Source of the DNA: an uncultured Gammaproteobacteria bacterium
GTDB lineage: Bacteria; Patescibacteriota; Patescibacteriia; Patescibacteriales; UBA12075
Assembly: GCA_964539005.1 (NCBI GenBank)
Contig: CAZIGB010000001.1
Span: 1 to 42,390, forward strand
DNA: 42,390 nt
Reading direction: 5' to 3'
Positions 32,824 through 41,646 of the stretch are shown piece after piece (positions within the stretch are counted from its first letter, which is position 1; the number at the start of each line of letters is the position of its first letter). The position numbers and the translations under genes are program-made. The notes under the pieces are model-generated. The model had not been told where the DNA came from. It ran no database searches and worked only from the letters and a program-made list of their open reading frames with translations.

Positions 32824-34662
32824 ATGATCTCGACTTATAAACCGAGAAAACGGCTCGATCGGAGCGCTGCCCCGAAAGAGGATCGCCCAGAGCCGAAAAA
32901 AGAGGCTTTTAAGCCTAGGCCTAAACACGCAGAGAAAAAATTCCAGGACCATAAGACCGAGCGGCCTACTCGGACGGTTTTTGATAAAGGAAAATTGAAA
33001 GTGGTGGTCGTGGGCGGCGCGGAGGAAGTCGGCCGCAACATGACTTTGATCGAATATGAAAAGGAGATAATCTTGATCGATATGGGTCTCCAGTTTCCGG
33101 AAGAGGATATGCCGGGAATCGATTATATCATTCCTAATATCGCTTATCTGGAAGATAAGATCGATCAAGTCAAAGGCGTAGTGATCACACACGGCCACAT
33201 GGACCACATCGGCGGTATCCCGCATATCATGGGCAAGATCGGCAATCCGCCAATGTTTACTGGCAAGCTGACAGCCGGACTCGTGCGCAAACGTTGTGAA
33301 GAATTCAAGACCTGTCCAGTCCTGAATATTTCCGAGATTGATGAGGAGTCGAAACTCCGCCTCGGACAGCATTTCCGCCTGGAGTTTCTCAGGGTCAATC
33401 ATTCTATTCCGGATTCTTTTGCTATTATCGTCCATACGCCGATCGGGACCATCATCCATACGGGTGATTTCAAGATCGATTATTCGCCTGTCAATGATAA
33501 GCCGGCCGATCTCAATCGCATCGCCTTGCTCGGTGACCGCGGCATTATGCTCATGATGGCTGATTCGACTGATTCTACTCATCCTGGTTATCAGGTATCG
33601 GAATCGGCGATCGGTGATGAGATGGACCGGATTCTCGAGAACATCACTGGTCGTGTTGTTATCGGTACTTTCGCCTCCCAGCTTTCCCGCCTGCAGAAGC
33701 TTTTTGATCTGGCGGCCAAGCACAAGCGGCGCGTGAATCTCCAGGGTCGGAGCATGAATACGAATGTAGAGATCGCTCATCAGATCGGTTATTTGAAGTT
33801 CAATCCGCGCATTTTGGTGGAGGATAATGAGCTCAGCCGTTTGCCGGACGACAAGGTCATGATTCTCGGCACCGGCGCCCAAGGCGAGAGTAATGCTTTT
33901 CTCGTTCGTGTCGTGACTGGAGAACATCGCTCGATCAGTCTCAAGGATGGGGATACGGTTATCTTCTCTTCTTCAGTGATTCCAGGCAATGAGCGCAGTA
34001 TCGCCAATCTCAAGGACCAGGTCGTGCGGCAAGGCGCGCGCATTATCCATTATCAGATGATGGATGTCCACGCTGGCGGCCATGCCAAGCAAGAAGACCT
34101 AAAGCTCATGATGCGTCTTATCAAGCCGGAATTCTTTATTCCGATCGAAGGTAGTCACTATATGCTCCGGGCGCACGCTGATCTGGCGGAGCAGGTGGGG
34201 ATACCGAAGGAAAAGATTTTTGTGCCGGACAATGGCCAAGTAATCAGTTTTATCAAGAATGAGCGGGGCGTCCAAGGCGCGCTTACTCAAGAAAAGATCC
34301 CTTCTGACTATGTAATGGTCGACGGTCTCGGTGTCGGCGATGTTTCCAATATCGTTCTTCGTGATCGGCGCGTAATGGCGGAAGATGGTATGATCGTAAT
34401 CATTGCGACCGTCGATTCCAAAACCTCGAATACGATCGGCAATCCGGATATTATTTCGCGCGGATTCGTCTATATGAAAGAAAATCGGAAGCTGATCGAG
34501 CAGACGCGCATGAAGGTCAAGAAGATCGTAGATGATCATGATCAGAAAACTGCCGCGGATGATGATTATATCAAGAATAAGATCCGGAATGAAGTCGGTA
34601 AATATCTCTTTGCCCAGACCAAGCGTCGGCCGATGGTTTTGCCGGTGGTGATCAAGGTCTGA
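32824..34662 (+). CDS. rnj: Ribonuclease J (metallo-beta-lactamase/beta-CASP) with about 57-aa basic N-terminal extension
   Basis: 612 aa with motifs GGAEEVGRNMT and HGHMDHIGG. The extension reads KPRKRLDRSAAPKEDRPEPKKEAFKPRPKHAEKK. Confidence 0.92.
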   Translation: MISTYKPRKRLDRSAAPKEDRPEPKKEAFKPRPKHAEKKFQDHKTERPTRTVFDKGKLKVVVVGGAEEVGRNMTLIEYEKEIILIDMGLQFPEEDMPGIDYIIPNIAYLEDKIDQVKGVVITHGHMDHIGGIPHIMGKIGNPPMFTGKLTAGLVRKRCEEFKTCPVLNISEIDEESKLRLGQHFRLEFLRVNHSIPDSFAIIVHTPIGTIIHTGDFKIDYSPVNDKPADLNRIALLGDRGIMLMMADSTDSTHPGYQVSESAIGDEMDRILENITGRVVIGTFASQLSRLQKLFDLAAKHKRRVNLQGRSMNTNVEIAHQIGYLKFNPRILVEDNELSRLPDDKVMILGTGAQGESNAFLVRVVTGEHRSISLKDGDTVIFSSSVIPGNERSIANLKDQVVRQGARIIHYQMMDVHAGGHAKQEDLKLMMRLIKPEFFIPIEGSHYMLRAHADLAEQVGIPKEKIFVPDNGQVISFIKNERGVQGALTQEKIPSDYVMVDGLGVGDVSNIVLRDRRVMAEDGMIVIIATVDSKTSNTIGNPDIISRGFVYMKENRKLIEQTRMKVKKIVDDHDQKTAADDDYIKNKIRNEVGKYLFAQTKRRPMVLPVVIKV

Positions 34663-34682
34663 TTTGGCAATATTTAGCTGAT

Positions 34683-34724
34683 AAAAAAACAGCCTGTAGA
34701 AAATTTTCTTGGGCTGTTTTTTGT
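34683..34724. terminator. Bidirectional intrinsic terminator
   Basis: acagcc...agaaaa/ttttct...ggctgt long hairpin, flanked by an A-run and a T-run, between convergent rnj and the small acidic gene. Confidence 0.75.
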
Positions 34725-34777
34725 TTTATGCCATCATGAAAAATGATCAGGCTGACAAGAGTCGCGCGTTTTTGCTC

Positions 34778-35014
34778 TTAGAAATCGATCCCTTCATCTT
34801 CGCCATCCAGAAAGTCGTCTCGGACTTCCTGATAACGATTCATCAGGGCATTTTCGAGATAGTCTTCATTCTCATCGTCTCCGAGCTTGCCGCGTTCGCG
34901 GAAATACTCGATGGTCTCACCGACAAAATGGCGATAGGCTTCGCGGTCATAGGCGCCTTGTTCGGCGATCTTCTTGCGGATGAGAACAAGCATCTCTTCG
35001 ATTGTTGATTCCAT
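34778..35014 (-). CDS. Hypothetical small acidic protein (78 aa)
   Basis: Protein-like helical sequence. Preferred over the overlapping + ORF (34709..35008) because the shared terminator lies 3' of it and the + ORF would begin inside that terminator. Confidence 0.5.
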   Translation of the reverse strand: MESTIEEMLVLIRKKIAEQGAYDREAYRHFVGETIEYFRERGKLGDDENEDYLENALMNRYQEVRDDFLDGEDEGIDF

Positions 35015-35085
35015 ATGGTTTAGAATTATGCTTTTAGATTATATTATTCTGGGCTTGCTTGTCAATCTTGATCATGGCTAGGCGT

Positions 35086-35114
35086 TTGACTAGCTGAGCG
35101 GGAAGTGTAATAAT
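35086..35114 (+). promoter_or_regulatory. Candidate truB promoter
   Basis: TTGACT (35086-35091), 17 nt spacer, AATAAT with an upstream TG (gtgtaataat). The predicted TSS is downstream of TTG 35119, which favours the ATG 35137 start. Confidence 0.45.
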
Positions 35115-35136
35115 TCTTTTGGATAAGACAAAGGGT

Positions 35137-35823
35137 ATGATTGAAAAACAAGAGGAAAAAAGCGGATTTTTACTAATAGATAAGGAGCCGGGCATTACTT
35201 CGCACGGAGTGGTGCATAGGCTGCGCGGCCTTACGGGGATCAAGAAAATCGGGCATGCTGGTACGCTTGATCCTTTTGCGAGCGGACTCTTGATTATCGC
35301 TATTGGACGCGGAGCGACCAAAGAGATAAGCCATTTTGTCAAACAGGACAAGAGTTATGAGGCGGAAATAATTCTCGGGGCGCGAAGCGCGACCCATGAT
35401 CCCGAGGGCGAGATTGTCGCCACATCTGATGCTGTTCCGCCTCATACGCAAGAAATCGAAGCCGCGCTGGCTATGTTTATTGGCGAACAGGAACAGATCC
35501 CGCCTATGTATAGCGCCAAGAAGATCGGCGGCAAAAAACTTTATGAGCTCGCGCGCCAGGGAAAAGAAATCGAACGCAAAGCGTTCCACATAAAGATATA
35601 TTCTCTCGAGCTTCTTAGCTATGCGTGGCCGAAGCTCATAATCCGCACCGAAGTCTCGAGCGGAACCTATATCCGTGTGCTCGGAGCAGACATCGGTGAA
35701 AAGCTAGGGGCAGGCGCCTATCTTGGCGCTTTGCGACGGATTACGATCGGTCAGCATTCCGTTGAAAATGCCAAAAAGCTTTCGGAGCTGACAAAAGATA
35801 ATTGGTCAGAATTTTTATTCTGA
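35137..35823 (+). CDS. truB: tRNA pseudouridine(55) synthase TruB
   Basis: GFLLIDKEPGITSH and GHAGTLDPFASGLL (catalytic Asp). Confidence 0.9.
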   Translation: MIEKQEEKSGFLLIDKEPGITSHGVVHRLRGLTGIKKIGHAGTLDPFASGLLIIAIGRGATKEISHFVKQDKSYEAEIILGARSATHDPEGEIVATSDAVPPHTQEIEAALAMFIGEQEQIPPMYSAKKIGGKKLYELARQGKEIERKAFHIKIYSLELLSYAWPKLIIRTEVSSGTYIRVLGADIGEKLGAGAYLGALRRITIGQHSVENAKKLSELTKDNWSEFLF

Positions 35824-36558
35824 TTCTCTTTTGTTCTCATACTCGCCTCTAAAGTCATAATATTTTATGAGCAATAATTCTTTGAGAGCGATCAGATAAC
35901 CTTTGTAGCCGACGCGGCTGATGGGACCGCAGTTCCAGATTATCGGAATGATGCCGATGCGGAGGCCGAGCTTTTCGGCCAAGAGGATGATTTCGATATC
36001 AAGCGCCCAGCGCTTGATTTTTGTTTTGGGAATGATTTTCTTGACTGCTGATTTTGAAAGGAATTTGAAACCGCATTGGGTGTCCTTGATATTTGTGCCG
36101 GTAGCCGCGCGGATGAGGAGATTGCCAAGGTTTCCGAGCTTGCGTTTGCAGATATTTTGCGGGCGCGACTGGCGGGCTCCAGGCGCATCATCGGGATTGC
36201 GCGAACCGATCACTAGCTCGCAGCCGTCTTTGACGAGTGGCCAGACCAGGCGGAGATGATCGATGGAGGTGGCATTGTCAGCATCCAGAAAGAGATGATA
36301 ATCGCCTTGTCCGGCCAAGAGTCCGGCGCGCAGAGCGGCGCCTTTGCCTGAATTTTTTTTGAAAACCAAGGCTTTTATCCTTTGATTTTCTTGGCAGAGC
36401 TTGCTGATGATTGCCCCGGTCTGATCGGTCGAAGCATCATTGATTATAATTATCTCATAGTCTGATTTTTCTTTATCCAGATAAGCGGAAAACCCCTTGA
36501 TATTCTTTTCGAGGGTTTTTTCTTCGTTGTAGGCCGGGACGATAAGTGAGATCAGCAT
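35815..36558 (-). CDS. GT2 glycosyltransferase (polyprenol-phosphate hexosyltransferase-like)
   Basis: 247 aa with motifs LIVPAYNEE, IINDASTD, LDADNAT. Its 3' end overlaps the truB 3' end by 9 nt (convergent). Confidence 0.8.
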   Translation of the reverse strand: MLISLIVPAYNEEKTLEKNIKGFSAYLDKEKSDYEIIIINDASTDQTGAIISKLCQENQRIKALVFKKNSGKGAALRAGLLAGQGDYHLFLDADNATSIDHLRLVWPLVKDGCELVIGSRNPDDAPGARQSRPQNICKRKLGNLGNLLIRAATGTNIKDTQCGFKFLSKSAVKKIIPKTKIKRWALDIEIILLAEKLGLRIGIIPIIWNCGPISRVGYKGYLIALKELLLIKYYDFRGEYENKRESE

Positions 36559-36594
36559 TTTTTATGATTAGATAGGGCTGGTATATGAGAGAGC

Positions 36595-38253
36595 TTAATC
36601 TGTCAATTCATAAATCAGTCCCAGCTCGTCTTCGTAAATCTTTTTCCAGCTGGACTGCTTTTCGAGATATTTCCGCAGATGATTTGGCTCTTCTTCGAGG
36701 TCTTTTTCGTCTAGACGGAAGAACTTTTTTTCGAAGCCGCTCAGTTTTATCGCTGGCTCTTTTTGGAGGATGACCATATCGATGGCGTGCTTCTTGATCA
36801 TGTCTTCTGTTTTGTTTTCTTCAAAGAAGGCGCTATATTCTTCAATCAAGCTATGATGTCCATACTCGGCTTGGGGCATACGGCCGTCGATCATGAGCTT
36901 GGCTTCGGGTATTTTCCAGAGAAAAAAACCGCCCCAGCCATAATCATTAAGAATCTTTTTCTGATCAAGGTCAGTCAGGCTTTCTAGATAAGCAGTCAAT
37001 CGGTGCGGCATTGCCGGAGAATAAGCCGGGCTAAAGGGGTCGTTCGTAATCCTTGCTTTACTGAGAAAATATAGACTTGAAAAGACAAATACAGCTAGAA
37101 AAGCAAGCTTGACTATTGTTTTTGCGCGCTTGTTTAGGGAGAAGCTGATTTCTTTGCGCAGTCCGAAATAATAGAATTGGATGATTAAGGGAAAGGAGGC
37201 GATCAGAAAGAGAGGAAAATGTCTTTTGGAACGAAAGGCCATCAGTAAAAAAAGCAAAGCGAGCGACCATTGCCAGAGATAGGGCTTTTTGATGTATCTT
37301 TTTATTCCTTCGGTTTTGTCATTGGCTTGCTGGCGATCCATCAGGCGGATGATCAGGACGGCTAGGAAAATAGTCATCAGAAAAATCTGCGGATAAGAGA
37401 TGGGCAAATGATGGAAAGGGCGCCATTCGAGAATGCTACTCATGTAATAGGTGTTCTTGTAGCCAGACAAAAAGCTATAAAGTTTCGGGCCATAGGGATT
37501 GAGCAGGGTAAGCAGACTGGCAAATGTGGCAATGAAACTAGCTCTGCCGATGCTGATCCAAGGCCAAGGATTATGCTCGAAATATCTGATCCAGATCTTG
37601 GTGGCTAATCGCTCGCAAAGACGATAAGCGATCCAGGCCCACATGATGACCAGTCCGAGCAGGAAGCTGCCGTGCAGATTGGCCCAGAATAGGAAAAGAG
37701 GCGGGAGCAAGAAAAGGATTTTCCAGTTTTGGCGGCGATGAGCCGACTCGAGGATGATGAGCAGGACCAGGAAGAGCAGATTGCCGAAGATCTGCATCCG
37801 GACACCATAAAAGGGGGTCATGGCATAAGCGGCAAAAGCGGAGAGAGTCATGATGCCAGCCAGGGCAAGGTTGTTTCTTTTTTGGTCGGAGTGGGCTTCA
37901 TAAGGGGCAATAAAAAAACGCTGGGATAATTCTTTGAGTCCGAAAAAAGTCGCAGCCAAGACAAGAGCAAAAAAAATATTCAAAGAAATAAAGCCGGAGA
38001 TAGAATAGAGCTTGTAAAAGAGGAGATTGAAGAGCCATTCATGATCAATGTATTCGCGGCCGAGCATGCTATGATTATAGAGATCGATGCTAGGCGCTTG
38101 GCCTTCTCTCGCTATCTGTTCTCCGATCCGCAGATGCCAAGGGAAGTCATGGTCGAGATAATCGAAGGATACCCAGAGAATAAAAGCGCTAAGGGCGAGA
38201 AAAAATGCGCTTTTGAGCCAGAAATCAAGATTGAGGATGCTTTTTATCGACAT
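36595..38253 (-). CDS. Polytopic membrane protein, possible GT-C-fold glycosyltransferase
   Basis: 552 aa. More than 10 hydrophobic segments. First-loop acidic motif YLDHDFPWH / IDHEW. About 130-aa C-terminal soluble domain. Lies 36 nt upstream of the GT2 gene. Confidence 0.45.
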   Translation of the reverse strand: MSIKSILNLDFWLKSAFFLALSAFILWVSFDYLDHDFPWHLRIGEQIAREGQAPSIDLYNHSMLGREYIDHEWLFNLLFYKLYSISGFISLNIFFALVLAATFFGLKELSQRFFIAPYEAHSDQKRNNLALAGIMTLSAFAAYAMTPFYGVRMQIFGNLLFLVLLIILESAHRRQNWKILFLLPPLFLFWANLHGSFLLGLVIMWAWIAYRLCERLATKIWIRYFEHNPWPWISIGRASFIATFASLLTLLNPYGPKLYSFLSGYKNTYYMSSILEWRPFHHLPISYPQIFLMTIFLAVLIIRLMDRQQANDKTEGIKRYIKKPYLWQWSLALLFLLMAFRSKRHFPLFLIASFPLIIQFYYFGLRKEISFSLNKRAKTIVKLAFLAVFVFSSLYFLSKARITNDPFSPAYSPAMPHRLTAYLESLTDLDQKKILNDYGWGGFFLWKIPEAKLMIDGRMPQAEYGHHSLIEEYSAFFEENKTEDMIKKHAIDMVILQKEPAIKLSGFEKKFFRLDEKDLEEEPNHLRKYLEKQSSWKKIYEDELGLIYELTD

Positions 38254-38262
38254 TTGAGCGAG

Positions 38263-38295
38263 AAAAAAAAGATTCAGAGGCTCACCCTCTGATTC
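38263..38295 (-). promoter_or_regulatory. Intrinsic-terminator-like hairpin in the 5' leader of the membrane protein gene
   Basis: Minus strand gaatcagagg-gtgag-cctctgaatc (9 of 10 bp) followed by T8, ending 10 nt upstream of the ATG at 38253. Confidence 0.55.
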
Positions 38296-38325
38296 TAATG
38301 GGATGATAATGTGTAAATTGCTATT

Positions 38326-38350
38326 ATTATAACAGAATATGTGTTATAAT
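38326..38350. promoter_or_regulatory. Mirror-image divergent extended -10 promoters
   Basis: attataaca-gaatatg-tgttataat is a perfect 9-bp inverted repeat. It reads TGTTATAAT on both strands, one facing the DUF4870-like gene and one facing the membrane protein gene. Confidence 0.5.
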
Positions 38351-38384
38351 TAAAATGTGGAAAGCTATCCACTTATAAAAAAAT

Positions 38385-38792
38385 ATGAGCGAAGAAACAA
38401 AAGCGCAGACTGAGACCAAAGAGCAAGGGACTGACAACTCGTCTTCTTCGAGCCCGGCTCCTAGTCCGGCATCGGCGCCAAAGGGCGATGACAGCAAGAC
38501 TTGCGCCATTCTTTCTTATTTACTGGTCGGAATTATCTGGTATTTTGTGGATGAGGATCTGAAGAAGAGCGAGTTTGCCAGATTCCATGTCAAGCAAGCC
38601 GCGAATCTTCTCATTATCGGTATCGCTTTGTCATCGGTGATGCTTGCGACTTTTATTCTGGTGTTTTTAGTGCCTTTGGTAAATCTGGCGACAGCGGTCT
38701 TGGCGATAGTCGGAATCATAAACGCGGCCAATGGAGACAAGAAACAGCTGCCGATTATCGGTTCTTACGCAGAACGGTATCTGAAATTCTGA
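38385..38792 (+). CDS. DUF4870-like small membrane protein with Ser/Pro-rich N-terminus
   Basis: 135 aa. YLLVGIIWYFV...FHVKQAANLLIIG pattern and 2-3 TM segments. Confidence 0.6.
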   Translation: MSEETKAQTETKEQGTDNSSSSSPAPSPASAPKGDDSKTCAILSYLLVGIIWYFVDEDLKKSEFARFHVKQAANLLIIGIALSSVMLATFILVFLVPLVNLATAVLAIVGIINAANGDKKQLPIIGSYAERYLKF

Positions 38793-38892
38793 AATCATTT
38801 ATTTATTACTATGAAACCCGAAATGGGATATCGGGCTTGGATCTGACCCATGCTTTCCAGGCCTTATATCCTCTTTTGGAATAAGACTAAAT

Positions 38893-41376
38893 ATGGCAAA
38901 GAAAAAACTAGTGATGTTCTTCGACGAGCTTGGCATCAAGGATGTGCCGAGTGTCGGAGGCAAGAATGCGAGCCTAGGCGAGATGTACCGCAAGCTCACC
39001 AAGGCCGGTGTCAAGGTGCCGAATGGTTTCGCAACTACAGCGGCGGCTTATGATTATTTCATGGAGGAGGCCGGACTCAAGAAGGAGATCCGCCGCATTC
39101 TCAAGGGACTCGATACGCACGATGTGAGAGATCTTATGAAGCGGGGCGAGGAGGTCCGCAAGACTATCCTCGCGGCTGAGATGTCGGCTGAGCTGAAAAA
39201 AGATGTGTTAGCGGCCTACAAGAAATTGTCCAAGCAGTATAAGACGGAGAATGTCGATGTGGCGATCCGCTCTTCAGCGACAGCTGAAGATCTGCCCGAT
39301 GCATCTTTTGCCGGCCAACAGGAAACTTTTCTCAATGTCCGTGGTGATGAATATGTACTGGAGGCGGTAAAAAAATGCATCGCTTCTCTCTTTACTAATC
39401 GCGCCATCTCTTATCGCGTAGACAAGGGCTTCGATCATTTCAAGATTGCGCTTTCGGTCGGCGTGCAGAAGATGGCCCGTTCGGACAAGGCGGCTTCGGG
39501 TGTCATGTTTTCGATCGACACCGAGTCTGGTTTTGAGAATGCAGTCCTGATCAATTCTATTTACGGTCTAGGTGAAAATATCGTGCAGGGCAAGGTGAAT
39601 CCGGATGAATATTATGTCTTTAAACCGACTAAAAAGATAATTCTCAAGAAACTTGGCCAGAAAGCTCTGCGTATGGTCTATTCGAATGATCCGAAAAATC
39701 CAGTGAAGGATGAAGCGGTGAAGACAGAGGACCAGAATAAATTTTCAATTACGGATGCGCAAGCGATTAAGCTGGCTGAATGGGCAATGATTATCGAGAA
39801 GCACTACAAGCGCCCGATGGACATGGAGTGGGCGCTTGATGGCCAGGACAATGAACTCTATATCATCCAGGCCCGACCAGAGACGGTGATGAGCCAGAAG
39901 GATCCGAACGTGATCGAGAAGTTCAAACTAGAGAAGAAGGGCAAGCTGATCGTCGAGGGCCAGAGTGTCGGCTCAAAGATCGGGGCCGGTGAAGCGAATC
40001 GGATCATGGATATCAAGGACATCCACAAATTCAAGCCCGGCCAGGTACTGGTGACCGATATGACTGATCCGGATTGGGAGCCGATCATGAAGATCGCTAG
40101 CGCGATCGTCACGGACAAGGGCGGACGCACTTGCCATGCGGCAATTATTTCCCGTGAGATGGGGATCCCCTGCGTAGTCGGGACCGAGACAGGCAGCCAG
40201 AAGATCAAGAGTGGCAAGAAGGTGACAGTGAGCTGTGCCGAGGGTGAAGACGGTTTTGTTTATGACGGCGTCTTGCCTTTCAAGATCAATAGGACCAACA
40301 TCAAGAATCTGCGCAAACCGAGGACTAAGATCATGATGAATGTGGGCGAACCAGAAGCGGCTTTTGGAGATTCCTTTATCCCTAATGACGGGGTGGGACT
40401 AGCTCGTCTCGAATTCATCATTAATAACTACATTAAGGTCCATCCACTCGCTCTTCTTAATTACGCCAAGATCAAGGATAAGGAGTTGAAAAAGAAGATT
40501 GACGAGATTACGATCGGCTATACGGACAAGAAGCAATTCTTTATCGATAAGCTGGCTGAAGGGGTAGGTATGATCGGCGCAGCCTTCTACCCGAAGGATG
40601 TGATCGTGCGTCTCTCTGATTTCAAAACTAATGAGTATGCCAATTTGATCGGTGGTACAGAATACGAACCAGTCGAATCGAACCCGATGATCGGTTGGCG
40701 CGGTGCGAGTCGTTACTATGCTCCAGCTTTTGTTCCGGCTTTTGAGCTCGAGTGCAAGGCTCTTATGAAAGTGCGTGATGAAATGGGCCTAACGAATGTA
40801 AAAGTGATGATTCCTTTCTGTCGTACAGTCGAAGAGGGCAGGCGCGTCAAGGATATCATGGCCAAACACGGTCTCAAGCAAGGCAAGAACGGTCTCGAAG
40901 TCTATGTGATGGCTGAAATACCTGCCAATATCATCTTGGCTCATGAATTTGCCCAGGAATTCGACGGTTTCTCGATCGGCTCCAATGACCTGACTCAGCT
41001 GACGCTCGGTATTGATCGTGATGCGGGGGGCACACTTGAAGTGGCTGGTGTATCCAATGAGAAGAACGAAGCCGTGAAGACGCTCATCCAATATCTGATC
41101 GAAGTCTCCAAACAGACCGGCACCAAGGTCGGTATTTGTGGCCAGGCTCCGAGCGATTTCCCAGATTTCGCCACTTTCCTGGTCGAGCTCGGCATCGATT
41201 CGATCTCGCTCATTCCAGACACGGTTGTGCCTACTACACTGGCAGTGCTAAAAAAAGAGGATTCAATGTCAGGTAAGAAAGGAACAAAGAAGGCCGCGAC
41301 CGCTAAAGCAAAACCAAAAGCGAAAGCGGGCAGACCGGCAAAGACAAGTAAAAAGCCAGCGGGCAAGAAGAAATAG
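38893..41376 (+). CDS. ppsA: Phosphoenolpyruvate synthase (pyruvate, water dikinase) with Lys/Ala/Pro-rich C-terminal tail
   Basis: 827 aa. VGGKNASLGEM, phospho-His motif GGRTCHAAIISRE, C-terminal PEP-utilising domain. The tail reads KKGTKKAATAKAKPKAKAGRPAKTSKKPAGKKK. Confidence 0.93.
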   Translation: MAKKKLVMFFDELGIKDVPSVGGKNASLGEMYRKLTKAGVKVPNGFATTAAAYDYFMEEAGLKKEIRRILKGLDTHDVRDLMKRGEEVRKTILAAEMSAELKKDVLAAYKKLSKQYKTENVDVAIRSSATAEDLPDASFAGQQETFLNVRGDEYVLEAVKKCIASLFTNRAISYRVDKGFDHFKIALSVGVQKMARSDKAASGVMFSIDTESGFENAVLINSIYGLGENIVQGKVNPDEYYVFKPTKKIILKKLGQKALRMVYSNDPKNPVKDEAVKTEDQNKFSITDAQAIKLAEWAMIIEKHYKRPMDMEWALDGQDNELYIIQARPETVMSQKDPNVIEKFKLEKKGKLIVEGQSVGSKIGAGEANRIMDIKDIHKFKPGQVLVTDMTDPDWEPIMKIASAIVTDKGGRTCHAAIISREMGIPCVVGTETGSQKIKSGKKVTVSCAEGEDGFVYDGVLPFKINRTNIKNLRKPRTKIMMNVGEPEAAFGDSFIPNDGVGLARLEFIINNYIKVHPLALLNYAKIKDKELKKKIDEITIGYTDKKQFFIDKLAEGVGMIGAAFYPKDVIVRLSDFKTNEYANLIGGTEYEPVESNPMIGWRGASRYYAPAFVPAFELECKALMKVRDEMGLTNVKVMIPFCRTVEEGRRVKDIMAKHGLKQGKNGLEVYVMAEIPANIILAHEFAQEFDGFSIGSNDLTQLTLGIDRDAGGTLEVAGVSNEKNEAVKTLIQYLIEVSKQTGTKVGICGQAPSDFPDFATFLVELGIDSISLIPDTVVPTTLAVLKKEDSMSGKKGTKKAATAKAKPKAKAGRPAKTSKKPAGKKK

Positions 41377-41397
41377 CTTTGCAATTCAAGGATACAA

Positions 41398-41429
41398 AGA
41401 CACCCCCGAGATTCGAGGGTGTCTTTTTG
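41398..41429 (+). terminator. Intrinsic terminator after ppsA
   Basis: agacaccc-ccgagattcga-gggtgtct followed by ttttt. Confidence 0.8.
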
Positions 41430-41646
41430 ATTGGTTTTATAATTAGCTAATTTTTGTTATAATTGGGGTAGATGGGATTGTTTTGGGGCTACAAAATTAA
41501 ATCGTGCTTCTTTCTGGTAACACATTTTTAGTGAAAATTTGCCTAATATATAAAAAGAAAACGATAGGTTCGTATATAACGAGTTAGATAAAATAATAAT
41601 AATTTTCTTAATTTAATTGGGGCAAATTTATTTTTTATTCTCACGT

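Noticed and set aside
32752-33927. 391-aa ORF antisense to RNase J
   Set aside because: It is codon-aligned with the rnj frame. It is open only because the first roughly 370 rnj codons avoid TTA, CTA and TCA, whose complements are stop codons. The sequence is low-complexity and the sense strand has unmistakable RNase J motifs. This is a codon-bias artefact.
34709-35008. 99-aa plus-strand ORF overlapping the small acidic gene
   Set aside because: It starts inside the rnj terminator hairpin and has a hydrophobic, low-complexity sequence. The minus-strand ORF has the better gene context.
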